A stretch of DNA of 64,000 nucleotides from contig OZ251224.1 of assembly GCA_965240325.2 (NCBI GenBank), positions 2,852,001-2,916,000 of the forward strand, given 5' to 3'. Position numbers and translations under genes: made by a program. Source of the stretch: Rebecca billardiae RCC1528. Its lineage: Eukaryota; Protista; Haptophyta. Position 1 is the stretch's first letter. The number at the start of each line of letters is the position of its first letter. Below the pieces are notes generated by a model. That model was not told the DNA's origin. It ran no database searches and worked only from the letters and a program-made list of their open reading frames with translations. Positions 45,180 through 55,802 of this stretch are shown in pieces.

Positions 45180-48014
45180 ATGCTCGTCGCGCGCACGGTC
45201 GCCCTGCTGCTGCTCGCCGCGCATGCCGCGCTCGCCCAGCCGCCCGCGCCGGAGTGGGCTCCGCCCTTCACCGCGATCGTGTCGACCGCCGGGCCGCTCA
45301 CGACGTACCGCGCCAACCCGTACACGGGCTTCCTCACGCGCACGGAGAAGGCTGACACGGGCGTGTGGGATGCAAGCATGGACTATGTCGTCATGCCCCT
45401 CAAGGACGTCGTCGTCGGCCCGGCCAAGTACGACTGGCGCAAGTTTGAGGCCACGCTCGCAGCTGCGGCCGCCAAGTCGCGGCACGTCGTCGCGCGCTTT
45501 GTGCTCGACCTGCCGGAGGAGTCCTCGGCCGTGCCACGGTACCTGCTCGACGGCGGCCTGTGGCTCACGCACTACGACGAGCACGGTGGCGGCCGCTCGC
45601 CCAACTACAACAACGCCACCCTCCAGGCCGCCCTGCTCGACTTCGTGCACGCGTTTGGCATGCAGTACGACCTCGACCCGCGGCTTCCTGTCGTCCAGGC
45701 CGGACTGCTCGGCTTCGAGGGCAACTGGCACACGTTCCCAAGCAGCCTCATGGCAAACACCGGCTTTCAGACCACGCTCGCCAACGCCTTCGCCAAGGCC
45801 TTCACCTCGGGCGAGACGCATGTGCAGTTCCCCTACCCCGTCCCGGGCGAGAGCGGGATGGTGCAGCACGCCTTCGGCTACTACGACGACGGCTTCTGCT
45901 GGTCGACGGTCTGGCCGGACGTGGACTGGTTCTTCCTCACGAAGATCCGGGGTCCGATCATGGGCAACGATGGCGAGTACAACCAGTGGCGGGCGAAGAC
46001 GATCGGCGGCCAAATCTACCCGAAGCTCCAGGACGACATCTTCACCGCGCGGTATGCAGTGCACCCGGACATTGTCATCGACCGCGCGGAAGACGACCGC
46101 CGCGGGGACGTGTACTCGCAGCAGTTCGTGGACGCGGTGGAGCAGACGCACATGTCGTGGGTGGTGAATCCGAGCGCGCTCGCCGGCGACTACACAGACC
46201 CAGCCGTCATCGCCGCCGCGGAGGCCGGCGCAAACACCCTCGGCTACGCGCTCACCGTCACAGACGTGCATGCAGAGCTGATCGACGATGCCACGGCGCT
46301 GCGCCTCGAGGTCCGCTTCCAGAACCTGGGCGTCGCACCCTTTTACTGGGACCTCGGCGTGCAGGGGTGGCTGTGCTCGACTCACGCACCGTGCGCCATC
46401 GCGGATGCGGACGTCATCGTGCCCTTCTTCCCGCTCGACAAGGACATCGTGCTGCGTGGCCTCCAGCCGACGAACCGTGTGCCGTACGTTGGCGTCGCGG
46501 GCGCGCGCCTCGCGCACGAGACGGTTCGGACCAACTGGTGCCACTTCATGACGCCGGCGCTCAAGTGGCTGGTACTCAAGTTCGAGTGCCCGACGTGCTA
46601 CGACTCGCGTCCGGTGTTCTTCCACAACACGGACGTGGACGAGGATGGCACACTTGCCGTCGACCTCCTTGGTGCCTGCAACTCTCCGCCGATGCCGCCA
46701 GCGCCGCCACCAAGCCCGCCCCCGAGCCCACCGCCTTCGCCGCCACCCTCGCCACCGCCGAGCCCGCCGCCGAGCCCGCCGCCGTCGCCGCCGCCGTCGC
46801 CGCCGCCCTCGCCGCCACCGAGCCCGCCGCCCTCGCCGCCGCCCTCGCCGCCACCCTCGCCGCCGCCGAGCCCGCCGCCGAGCCCGCCGCCGTCTCCGCC
46901 GCCGTCGCCGCCGCCGTCGCCACCGCCGTCGCCGCCACCCTCGCCGCCGCCGAGCCCGCCGCCGAGCCCGCCGCCGTCGCCGCCACCGTCGCCACCGCCG
47001 TCGCCCCCGCCGTCGCCGCCGCCCTCGCCGCCGCCCTCGCCGCCGCCGAGCCCGCCGCCCTCACCACCACCGTCGCCACCGCCCAGCCCGCCGCCCTCGC
47101 CACCGCCCTCGCCGCCGCCCTCGCCGCCGCCGAGCCCGCCGCCGAGCCCGCCGCCCTCGCCGCCGCCGTCGCCGCCGCCGTCGCCACCGCCGTCGCCGCC
47201 GCCGTCGCCGCCGCCGAGCCCACCGCCGAGCCCGCCGCCCAGCCCGCCGCCCAGCCCGCCGCCCTCGCCGCCGCCCAGCCCGCCGCCCAGCCCGCCGCCC
47301 AGCCCGCCACCCTCGCCGCCGCCCTCGCCGCCGCCGCCGCCCAAAGAGTGCGACGAGGGCGTCACGCACCACATCTACTTCCAAGACTCCGATGAGGTCT
47401 GGAGCGACGAGCTCTACACGTGTGAGACGCGTATCCGGCCCACATTCGATGGCGGCTATCATGCCGTCAAGCGGTGGCGCCTGCACGTGCCGTCTCCGAT
47501 GACCATCAAGTGGAACGCTTGCGCCGCCTCGCCTGGCTCGCAGCTCAAGCTGCTCGATGGCTGCTGGCGCGAGGGCGGCGTGACGCTCCACTCCGTCGAC
47601 CGCGCCTCCCTGGCCGACTGCGACGCGCCCCCGGGCAAGACGAAGCCCACCCGCGTGGTGAACGCGTCCGTGACGCTGCTGCAGCCAGGCCTGTACACGG
47701 CGGTGCTGTCCGTGCCCAAGTGGACGCCATGCGCGACCTTCACCCTCGAGGCGCACGCTGTGCCGGAGGAGGTCGAGGACGAGCCGGAGGAGCAGCGCGC
47801 GGAGGTCGCAGCCACCGGCGTTGCCACCGAGGCCGTGTCCACGGGTGCGCAGGCTGTCGCGTGGGTGCGCGGCGACAGGGCGTTGCCCTTGCTCGGCGCG
47901 CTCGGCTGCGTGGCCGCGCTCGTGCTGGCGCACGCGCGTGCCGCGCGCCCAGCGCCCGACGCGGCCGAGGGCGGTCGGCAGCCAGCGCAGGGCGCGCACT
48001 CGACCATGATTTGA
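45180..48014 (+). CDS. Secreted/surface protein (944 aa): DUF4832-associated glycoside-hydrolase-like barrel, SPPP linker, Cys-containing beta domain, C-terminal hydrophobic segment
   Basis: Signal peptide; ANPYTGF, YDW, VVARF, VPRYL, SPNYNN, YDLDPRL..QAGLLGFEGNWHT, FGYYDDGF, TIGGQIYP, LGY and NLGVAPFY motifs; (SPPP)n at about 46683-47342. Confidence 0.8.
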   Translation: MLVARTVALLLLAAHAALAQPPAPEWAPPFTAIVSTAGPLTTYRANPYTGFLTRTEKADTGVWDASMDYVVMPLKDVVVGPAKYDWRKFEATLAAAAAKSRHVVARFVLDLPEESSAVPRYLLDGGLWLTHYDEHGGGRSPNYNNATLQAALLDFVHAFGMQYDLDPRLPVVQAGLLGFEGNWHTFPSSLMANTGFQTTLANAFAKAFTSGETHVQFPYPVPGESGMVQHAFGYYDDGFCWSTVWPDVDWFFLTKIRGPIMGNDGEYNQWRAKTIGGQIYPKLQDDIFTARYAVHPDIVIDRAEDDRRGDVYSQQFVDAVEQTHMSWVVNPSALAGDYTDPAVIAAAEAGANTLGYALTVTDVHAELIDDATALRLEVRFQNLGVAPFYWDLGVQGWLCSTHAPCAIADADVIVPFFPLDKDIVLRGLQPTNRVPYVGVAGARLAHETVRTNWCHFMTPALKWLVLKFECPTCYDSRPVFFHNTDVDEDGTLAVDLLGACNSPPMPPAPPPSPPPSPPPSPPPSPPPSPPPSPPPSPPPSPPPSPPPSPPPSPPPSPPPSPPPSPPPSPPPSPPPSPPPSPPPSPPPSPPPSPPPSPPPSPPPSPPPSPPPSPPPSPPPSPPPSPPPSPPPSPPPSPPPSPPPSPPPSPPPSPPPSPPPSPPPSPPPSPPPSPPPSPPPSPPPSPPPSPPPSPPPSPPPSPPPSPPPSPPPSPPPSPPPPPKECDEGVTHHIYFQDSDEVWSDELYTCETRIRPTFDGGYHAVKRWRLHVPSPMTIKWNACAASPGSQLKLLDGCWREGGVTLHSVDRASLADCDAPPGKTKPTRVVNASVTLLQPGLYTAVLSVPKWTPCATFTLEAHAVPEEVEDEPEEQRAEVAATGVATEAVSTGAQAVAWVRGDRALPLLGALGCVAALVLAHARAARPAPDAAEGGRQPAQGAHSTMI

Positions 48015-49089
48015 TGATCGCAAGCGCGGCCGCTGCTGCTGCTTCTGGATGCGAAGCCGTTTCCAGATTCAAGGTACAACACGCGCATCCGTCCTGCGGC
48101 GAATGGCCATTTTCGCACACCGTTCCGCACTCGGTCGCCTGGCTGCTGCATGCGAGCGCCTGTGACTAACTACTATGTCTACTATCTATTGCCTGCCGAC
48201 CAGCTTGTCCAGCTTCGACCGTGACACGAGCCCCGCGGGCGCGGAACGGATGGCGCGGTGCATCGTCGCCGCTGCCGTCGCTATAGATATCGCCAGTGCT
48301 GAGACTCGTGGCTCAAGTCCGGCCCGTGTAACGCGATGCTTAATGCGCGAGCTTTATTAATGTTATCACTCGGATTTACACGGTAGTGATCGCGCAGCAT
48401 TATCGTCTGCTAGGATAAAATAATATTTATAATAACATAAAATATTATTTTATCTCTTTAACAAAATAACGCGTCGCGTAGACCTGTGGCACTATTTATT
48501 ATTATCAATTATATATATAACAATATATATATATATGGGTTGGCGCTGCGCGTCAACTTGGGCTGGAAGCCTGTTTCTTAACTAACGCCTACTGATGGCT
48601 CGCGGCCAGTGGCTCGAGCTTGGAACTTCCGACGCTGCCATGGGCGCAAGCGACGGCGCAGCGGCAGCGGGGCTGACGACGCGCGCGGGCCGCGCGTATG
48701 CACGTCTGAGCACGGCGCGGAGTGCGCGCTGCAATGACTGGCCCGCCTGCACTGGCTGCAGCACCACGCCCCGCACGGTGAGTGAGAGTGTGGCCCGTGC
48801 CCAAGGCCGTCCGCCGACCAGCCTGCGGCCGCCTGCTGCAGCTCGTGGGAAAATATATATTGTTATTACTATTTTTAAAATACAGACGTTTAACACTTTA
48901 ACAGTACTGTAGAGATTTCACCGGCGGAACCGCGTAGTGTCTTCAAGCTACGACTGCATGTATCTAAAAACATTAGCAGCAGGTACTATTAGTAGCTTAC
49001 TCATGAGCTCTTCATAGCTACTCATGTGTGTTGTGTTAATGGACATGAGAATCATCATCCTCGATCTTGTCACAACAATCACGACATCG

Positions 49090-50352
49090 TCAATGCACGA
49101 CCGCCTCCGATGTCGGCTGGTTGCCGCTCAGAAGCTCATCTGCCGCGCCGCGCTGCCGACGGGCGCGCAGCGTCAGCGCGAGCGCCACGACCACCAGCAG
49201 CAGGACGACCGCGAGGCTGAGCATACCGAGCGGCGCGGAGTATGCACCAGGCGCCATCGCAGCACTCCGCATCTCGGCGCGCGCCACCTCGGGGGCCGCC
49301 AGCGTCGCCCTCGTCCTCATGTAGAAGTCCATGCACGGCACCCAGGCTGGCACGGCCAGCGCTGCGGTGTACAGGCCTGGCTGCAGGATAATCGACGCGT
49401 GGAAGCCAAACTTGTGCGGGATGGGGCACTCGCCCCGCTTGGACTGCGCCGTGAGCATCGGCCCGTCAAAGGTGGGCTCGCCCACGCAGCCTTCCACCAG
49501 CATGAGGCGAGCATGCGACGGGATGGCGCAGGCGTCCCACTCGAGGAGCGTTGGCACGGCCACGTGCAGCTTCCACGCCTGCAGCCGGAGGTTCTCGCCG
49601 TCGAATGTGGGGCGCTCGCGCAGCTCGCCGCACGTCTCGTGCTTCGTCCGCCAGCGCTTCTCCCCCTTGATCGTGAGGTTGAGATACATCGTGTCACCGT
49701 GTTCACAGAGAAGCGGCGGCGGCGAGGGTGGTGGCGGCGGAGGCGATGGTGGCGGTGAGGGCGGCGGCGAGGGCGGCGGTGAGGGCGGCGGCGGCGAGGG
49801 CGGCGGCGACGGCGGCGGTGAGGGCGGCGGCGGTGACGGGGAGGGCGGTGGCGGCGTCGGCGAGGGCGGCGGTGACGGCGAGGGCGGCGGCGGGGGAGGC
49901 GACTTCGGCGGCGAGGGCGGTGGTAGTGGCGGTGGCGGTGACGGTGAGGGCGGCGGTGGACGCGGTGGCGGTGGCGGCGACGGTGAAGGCGGCGGCGGCG
50001 ATGGTGAGGGCGGCGGCGTAGGTGATGGTGGCGGTGAGGGCGGCGGCGAGGGCGGCGGTGAGGGCGGCGGCGGCGGCGAGGGCGGCGGCGGTGGCGGTGG
50101 CGGTGACGGTGAGGGCGGCGGCGGCGTCGGCGAGGGTGGCGGTGACGGCGAGGGCGGCGGCGGGGGGGGCGAGGTCGGCGGCGAGGGCGGTGGTAGTGGT
50201 GGTGGCGGTGACGGTGAAGGCGGAGGTGGCGGCGCCGAGGGCGGTGGCGGCGACGGTGAGGGTGGCGGCGGATGCGGATGGGGCACCCGAGGAACCGCGC
50301 CCGCGGCGGCTAGGAGGCAGGCTGCGGCCACCGTGCGGACGGAGGGCGCCAT
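49090..50352 (-). CDS. Type I surface protein: signal peptide, Pro/Ser-rich stalk, Cys-containing beta domain paralogous to that of 45180-48014, TM helix
   Basis: MAPSVRTVAAACLLAAAGA, SPSPPPP repeats, RPTFDG..WKLHV..WDACA..LQPGLYTA..VPAWVPC, and TM LGMLSLAVVLLLVVVALALTL. Start could be 50361. Confidence 0.82.
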   Translation of the reverse strand: MAPSVRTVAAACLLAAAGAVPRVPHPHPPPPSPSPPPPSAPPPPPSPSPPPPLPPPSPPTSPPPPPPSPSPPPSPTPPPPSPSPPPPPPPPSPPPPPSPPPSPPPSPPPSPTPPPSPSPPPPSPSPPPPPRPPPPSPSPPPPLPPPSPPKSPPPPPPSPSPPPSPTPPPPSPSPPPPSPPPSPPPSPPPPSPPPSPPPSPPPSPPPPPPSPPPLLCEHGDTMYLNLTIKGEKRWRTKHETCGELRERPTFDGENLRLQAWKLHVAVPTLLEWDACAIPSHARLMLVEGCVGEPTFDGPMLTAQSKRGECPIPHKFGFHASIILQPGLYTAALAVPAWVPCMDFYMRTRATLAAPEVARAEMRSAAMAPGAYSAPLGMLSLAVVLLLVVVALALTLRARRQRGAADELLSGNQPTSEAVVH

Positions 50353-50770
50353 GCGCGTCATCTCAATCACACTCGTCGTTCGTGGCGTGACCCGGCGATG
50401 CGTGGCGTGTCGTCCGGCGGCGCACGTCGCTGCACCAGCGTGATTCGCCCGTGTCGGAGTAATGAACGCGTCGGAGCCCTCCTCGTCTTCCCGCCGAACG
50501 GTGGCCAATCCGGCTCACGGCCCTGGCGCCGGCACGTTCGCGCTGACGCTGAACCGTCAGAAAGTGAGTCCGTCGTCAGAATAATCTCATACGTGATGTT
50601 ACGGGTAGGCACGATTTGGTATCTCGGGTACTTTTCGTGACCGTCTTTGGCTATCCTTTGCCCTGACTTGGCTTCTTCCTCCCGATTCAGCCTGGGCGGC
50701 CTCGTGCACGAGTCGCCGCGCCCGGCGGCGGGAACCGGCTCTGAAGACGAGCGACGTCAAAGCGGTGCCG

Positions 50771-53113
50771 ATGATGACTCCGTCGGGCATGGCGCGCGCA
50801 GCGGTCACGCTCCTCGCGCTCGCGCCATTCGCGCGCGCGGTCCTGATCGAGAACAGCCTCGTGCGGTTCTGCCTCGCCGAAGTCGGATGCACTCACATGT
50901 GAGTGCGCTCCGCTGCTCTCCAGCGCGGCACGGCGCTCGGCGCGCGGCTCCTGGCACGCGGCCCGACCCCGCCGCGGTTGCAGCCGCGCCGGCTGGGAGG
51001 AGATACCCACCACTGGCCGAGCGCGTGGGCCGTGCAGGCGCTCCAAGAGCGCGCGCGTATCGCTGTCTGACGAGTGGTGCGCACGCTCCTCCGGCTCCGC
51101 CTCGCGGCGTTGCGCTCGCGCGAATGCAGGGGTTTTTGCTCCCAGTCCCTCGAAGGCACCATCCCGACGGAGGTCGGGCACATGGCGGCCCTAACGCGGA
51201 TGTACGCGCTCGGCCAAGCGCTCATGACATTGCTAGCGCCCTCCGAGGGTGCAGCCGAGCCGGTGCAGGGGGAAGGCAGGGACGCGAACGGCGATCAGAA
51301 TGCTCATCCTCGTGCGATTCGGCGCGGCCTGCTTGCGGCTTGCGCCCACGCTGGTGCTGGCGCGTGACTGCAAGGCCAACGCACAGCGTCGGTGTCCTCA
51401 CCTCGGCGCTCTATGTGCCGCGCGATCCCCCAATCGCGCCATCGTCGCTCATGGCAGGGCATTGTGCTACAACTCGCTGCACGGCACCATCCCGACCGAG
51501 GTTGGCCGCATGACTAACCTGGAGGACATGTACGTCCACCGCTGCACCCGTGCGGCCGCGCTCCCCCGCGGCGGCCACCATGTCACTCGGGTGTGCACGC
51601 GGCCAGGGTCCTTTGGGAGTGCATCGAGTTGAGACACGGAGTCCTCTCGGAGGAAGGGCGAAAGCGGCGGGCGCGCACAGCCATCCCATTCCATCGCTGC
51701 ACGTTTGTGCAACCTTCACCACCCGCGTGCGCTCACCCGACCGACCGACTGACGCACGCACACAGGTGGCTTGACAATAACAGCATGCATGGCGGCGTGC
51801 CGACCGAGGTGGGCCACATGACAAGCATGCTTGGAATGTACGCGAGCGTCCCTGCAGCCATCGCGCCCGCCCACCTGTCGGGCCGTGCGCACAGGCTGCA
51901 GCCGAGCCGGCTCGGTCGTGTGTGCTGTAGCGCGTTGCGGGACTGACTGCATGCGCCTTCGCCCACGGGAGCACATACTGATCGGCGCCACCTACCCGCG
52001 CCGACCGCGCACGCAGGTGGTTGGCGATGAACTCGTTCGCGGGGACGATCCCCACCGAGATTGGGGGCATGACCGCTATGACAAAGCTGTACGCGCCATT
52101 CATCGCCGCTGCTCCGCCCTCAAAGCTATGCCACCACTCTCAGACTGCGCGCTCCAGCTTTTGCAAGGGCTGCAGGCGCGCTGCTAGCTGCATCTCGCCG
52201 CCCTCACGCACACCGCCTCCCCCTCTTCTGCGCGTGCAGTGACATGGACGACAATCGCATCAAGGGCACCATCCCGACCGAGGTTGGCTACCTTACGAGC
52301 ATGCTATACTTGTATGCGCTGAGACGCACCGCGCAGCCATGCACTCCCGATTGCCCGCTATCCCGGCCAGCGCGCGCGCCCTACAATGTTGGATTGATAG
52401 CCACCCACGCGTGCCCCACGTGTGCTCGCAGCGACATGGACACCAACTCGATCGAGGGCACCATCCCGACTGAGATGGGCCTCTTGACCAGCATGACGAT
52501 TCTGTACGCGCCTCCTGCAGCTGCAGCACAGCAGCTGTCGGCGTCCGGGGCAGTGGTCACCTCACGCGCGCACTCTACCCCACGCGCATGCGCCCCCCCC
52601 GCACATGAGCAGGGAGCTCGAGACCAACTTGCTGCTTGAAGGCACCCTCCCGACGGAGTTTGGCACTTTGAAGAACCTCTCGCGAGTGTACGCGCACGCA
52701 GCAGGATCCCTCCCCGCCGCCAAGCCACCCGCGCCTATGCCCTGAGCCAAGGCTGCTCGGCTAACTTTCCTCTGGGCGCCCGTGTGCGTGCATGGTGCGC
52801 CGACAACCGTGCCCTGCCGCGTGCCATCCGCAGGGCTCTGTACAACACGTCGATGTGGGGGCGCACGTACGGGATGACGACCGTGACGCCGGCCGAGCTA
52901 TCTCCGTTCCCGCCGTCACCGCCGTCTCCACCGTCTCCGCCGCCACCGCCCCCCCCACCGAAACGCCACGTCGTAGCCTGGGTCCTTGGCAGCCTTGGCA
53001 TCGCGCTATGCATGTGCCTGGTTGTGATTGGTGCCATCGCCTTCATGCAGGCGGAGGAGAAGAAGAAGAAGAAGCAGGGCGGGCGCAACGGATACCAGGC
53101 CCAGCTCCGCTGA
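50771..53113 (+). CDS. LRR receptor-like protein (about 304 aa, 9 exons): signal peptide, plant-type LRRs, SPP stalk, TM, short basic tail
   Basis: Exons 50771-50898, 51130-51201, 51458-51529, 51766-51837, 52017-52088, 52240-52311, 52432-52503, 52613-52687 and 52834-53113. Repeat consensus NxxxGTIPTEVGxMTxM. Spliced length 915 nt, in frame. Confidence 0.9.
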
Positions 53114-53366
53114 TCGAACACATGCACGAGCCTACATACGTGATGCGTCATACGACTGAGACGACTACCGTTGGCCGTGGCGCGGCTGCGCTTCAACGTT
53201 GGCAGCTTAAGCTACAGTAGCTACACTGTTACTGTGTAACTATATATATATATATATAGGAATATATATCTTATATATATTAACGACGTGGCATATAATA
53301 AAATACGATGCTGCTGCATACTCATTCGCTTACGACTGCTCAGAATTTATAGAGTATCGGCTGCTG

Positions 53367-55715
53367 CTAGCCCGCGCGTTCACGAACACCGACGCGCTGC
53401 TCACAGCTCACTAGTACGTAAGTGCTGCTGCTGAGTGCCCCCAGCAGTTGCCATGCTTGCTCAGCGGCCGCGGCACCCTCGCTGCTGTCGTCGTCGCCTG
53501 CTAGATTGCCGCGCACGTCGAGCTCGAGCTCGAGCTCGGGCTCGCCTGCACCTGCAGCGGACGCGCATCGCGCCGCGACCGCCTCGGCGATGGCGAGCAT
53601 GCCGACGCCATCGATCAGGTTGTGTGCAACGCGCAGCACGCGCAGCGCCGGGCACGCGCGCACGCACTGCGCGAGCGCCTTCGCGCCCTCGCGGCCGATC
53701 AGGTTCATGCTCAGGTCGAGATGGGTGAGCGGCAGCGCGCGCGCGCACTCGCCGCCGCCGCCGAACGCGCCGAGCAGCTCGCACGCGCCCGCGTCGTCAA
53801 TGCTGCCGTTGCGCAGCGCGAGCTGGCGCACCTGGCCACGAATGCGCGCCAGGTCGTGGCTGATGAAGACGACGTCGTCCCGCGCCACGTCCGTCAGAGC
53901 CACCACCCCGTGAGATGCGCCGATCGCACCGCCGCACAGCGCTCGCAGCCCGCGGCCGAGCTGCGTGGGCCGGAGCTCCCGCAGCTCGCGCGCGAGGCCG
54001 CGCGCCGCCTCCAGGCTCAGCCGGTTGCCGAGCAGGTTGAGCTCCTGCAGTGCGGGCGTGGCCGCGACCGCCCGGACGAGCAGGGGCGCGGAGGCGTCGG
54101 CCAGGGTGCCGTTCGCGGCGTCGAGCGTGCGCGGCTGCTCGGCGCGCGGCACGCCGAGCGCGAGGTCGTGCAGCAGCAGCACGAAGCGCCCCTGCACGCT
54201 GTGCGCGCGCGGCTGCGTGCACACGTCGCGCGCGGGCAGCACGCTGCACAGCCGCAGCGGCCGGCCGCTCCGTGCGCGTCGCGAGGCGAGTTCGACCGCC
54301 TCGCAGACCGAGAGGCTGGTCTGGCCCAGGGCGAGCGTATGGAGCGGGGGCGTGCGCGCGAGGGCGGCGTCCAGCAGCTCCGCGCGCACGCCCGCGAGGC
54401 AGCTCGTGCGCCGCGTCGGGGCTTCGCTCAGCGACACGGCTTGCACGCAGGCAGGCAGCCGGCGCAGCTCGGCGGTCAGGAGCACCGCCTCGCCCGGGGA
54501 GCTCAGATCGTATCTCCAGCACCGACGAGCCGCCGAGTCGTTGCGGCCGAAGAGCGTGCGCACGGGCGCGCCGCTCCGCGCGCTCGTCGCGCGCAGCACG
54601 GCGCGCGCCCCCTCCGCCCCGAGCTCGCACCGGCCGAGGTGCGCCCACTCGAGCGCGGGGCAAGCGCCGAGCGCCGCCGCCAGCGCGGACGAGAGGGGGG
54701 CGACCCAGCTGCTGCCTGCGAAGTTGAGCGCGTGCAGCGCGGCGGGGCGCACGCGCGCAAGCGTCTCGAGGAGCGCGAGCGCCTCGCGCTCGCGGAGGCG
54801 CTCGCGAGCCCGCCCAGGGGGCAACGGCCACTCCCCCCTGTGCACGCTCAGGTTGAGCACCCGAAGACCCGCGCCGCTGCCTGCCTCCAGTGCGTGCGCG
54901 ATAGCCTGATGCTCGGGCCCGCCAGCGATGGGCAGGCCCACGCGAAGGGCACGCACGTCCCCGGCAGAGAGCGCGCTGAGCACGAGGTCGAGCACAGCCC
55001 GCAGCCCATGCGCCGCGAGACTCTCCGACTGCCAACGGCGCAGCGTGCTCTTCGCCTGTGCGGCAGCGGCGGCTGCAGGCGGGGCGAGGAGCGCGGCCAC
55101 CAGGCCGCCGATCGTGTCCTCTGCGTGGACAAAGAGGTGGCTCGCCAGGCGGAGGCAGACGACGACGTGGGCAGGGCCACGTGCGAGGGCGCGTGACTCG
55201 CCGAGCGCTGCGGTCGCCATGCGACCCCTCGCAAGGCGCACCGGCATCAGAGCATCCGGGGTGGGCGTCGAACACCCCGCATAGTGTGGCGCACCGACGC
55301 GCGCGCGGAGCCCACCCAGCGCTAGCTTGGCGAACTCGGCCTCGGCGTGCCGCATGCGGCCGTGCATGTGCTCGAGGACAATGCCGAACACGAGCTCGCG
55401 CTCCTCCTTGGCCATTGCACGACCCTGCGCTCGGCACGCGTGCGCACGCCCCGCCGGCGTCGGACGAGCGCAGATGGAATCGAGTCGCTGCTGGGAGACG
55501 CCGCACAGCGCGGCGAGGAAGCCGAGCTTGTACTCGTCCTCGCCGATGGCGCGCAGCCTCGCGCTGGCCTTGATGCTGAACTCGACGCCGCTCACGGCCG
55601 CCCCGGCCCGGGCGGATGAGCGCTGCATGCCTCGTTCGTGTCTTCGTTTGCGTCCGCGTCTCCGCCTGGTTTGCTGTGTCCACCGGGTCCACCCTGGTCC
55701 GCTTGGCCGGTTCAC
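53367..55715 (-). CDS. RNI-like (ribonuclease-inhibitor type) LRR protein; 5' end uncertain
   Basis: LQELNLLGNRLSLEAARGLA and LTHLDLSMNLIGREGAKALAQCVRACPALRVLRVAHNLIDGVGMLAIAEAV. Long open frame; true start may be 55628 or 55415. Confidence 0.75.
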   Translation of the reverse strand: MNRPSGPGWTRWTQQTRRRRGRKRRHERGMQRSSARAGAAVSGVEFSIKASARLRAIGEDEYKLGFLAALCGVSQQRLDSICARPTPAGRAHACRAQGRAMAKEERELVFGIVLEHMHGRMRHAEAEFAKLALGGLRARVGAPHYAGCSTPTPDALMPVRLARGRMATAALGESRALARGPAHVVVCLRLASHLFVHAEDTIGGLVAALLAPPAAAAAAQAKSTLRRWQSESLAAHGLRAVLDLVLSALSAGDVRALRVGLPIAGGPEHQAIAHALEAGSGAGLRVLNLSVHRGEWPLPPGRARERLREREALALLETLARVRPAALHALNFAGSSWVAPLSSALAAALGACPALEWAHLGRCELGAEGARAVLRATSARSGAPVRTLFGRNDSAARRCWRYDLSSPGEAVLLTAELRRLPACVQAVSLSEAPTRRTSCLAGVRAELLDAALARTPPLHTLALGQTSLSVCEAVELASRRARSGRPLRLCSVLPARDVCTQPRAHSVQGRFVLLLHDLALGVPRAEQPRTLDAANGTLADASAPLLVRAVAATPALQELNLLGNRLSLEAARGLARELRELRPTQLGRGLRALCGGAIGASHGVVALTDVARDDVVFISHDLARIRGQVRQLALRNGSIDDAGACELLGAFGGGGECARALPLTHLDLSMNLIGREGAKALAQCVRACPALRVLRVAHNLIDGVGMLAIAEAVAARCASAAGAGEPELELELDVRGNLAGDDDSSEGAAAAEQAWQLLGALSSSTYVLVSCEQRVGVRERAG

Positions 55716-55802
55716 GCCGCAGCGAATCCGGTGTGCTCGTCGACATTTTTAGACGACATTCGGCACCCGGAATTCCGGGTATGCGCGGGCCGCACTTGCA
55801 CG

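Noticed and set aside
46598-50443. Gly-rich ORFs 46598-47374 and 49331-50443
   Set aside because: Antisense frames of the Pro-rich genes.
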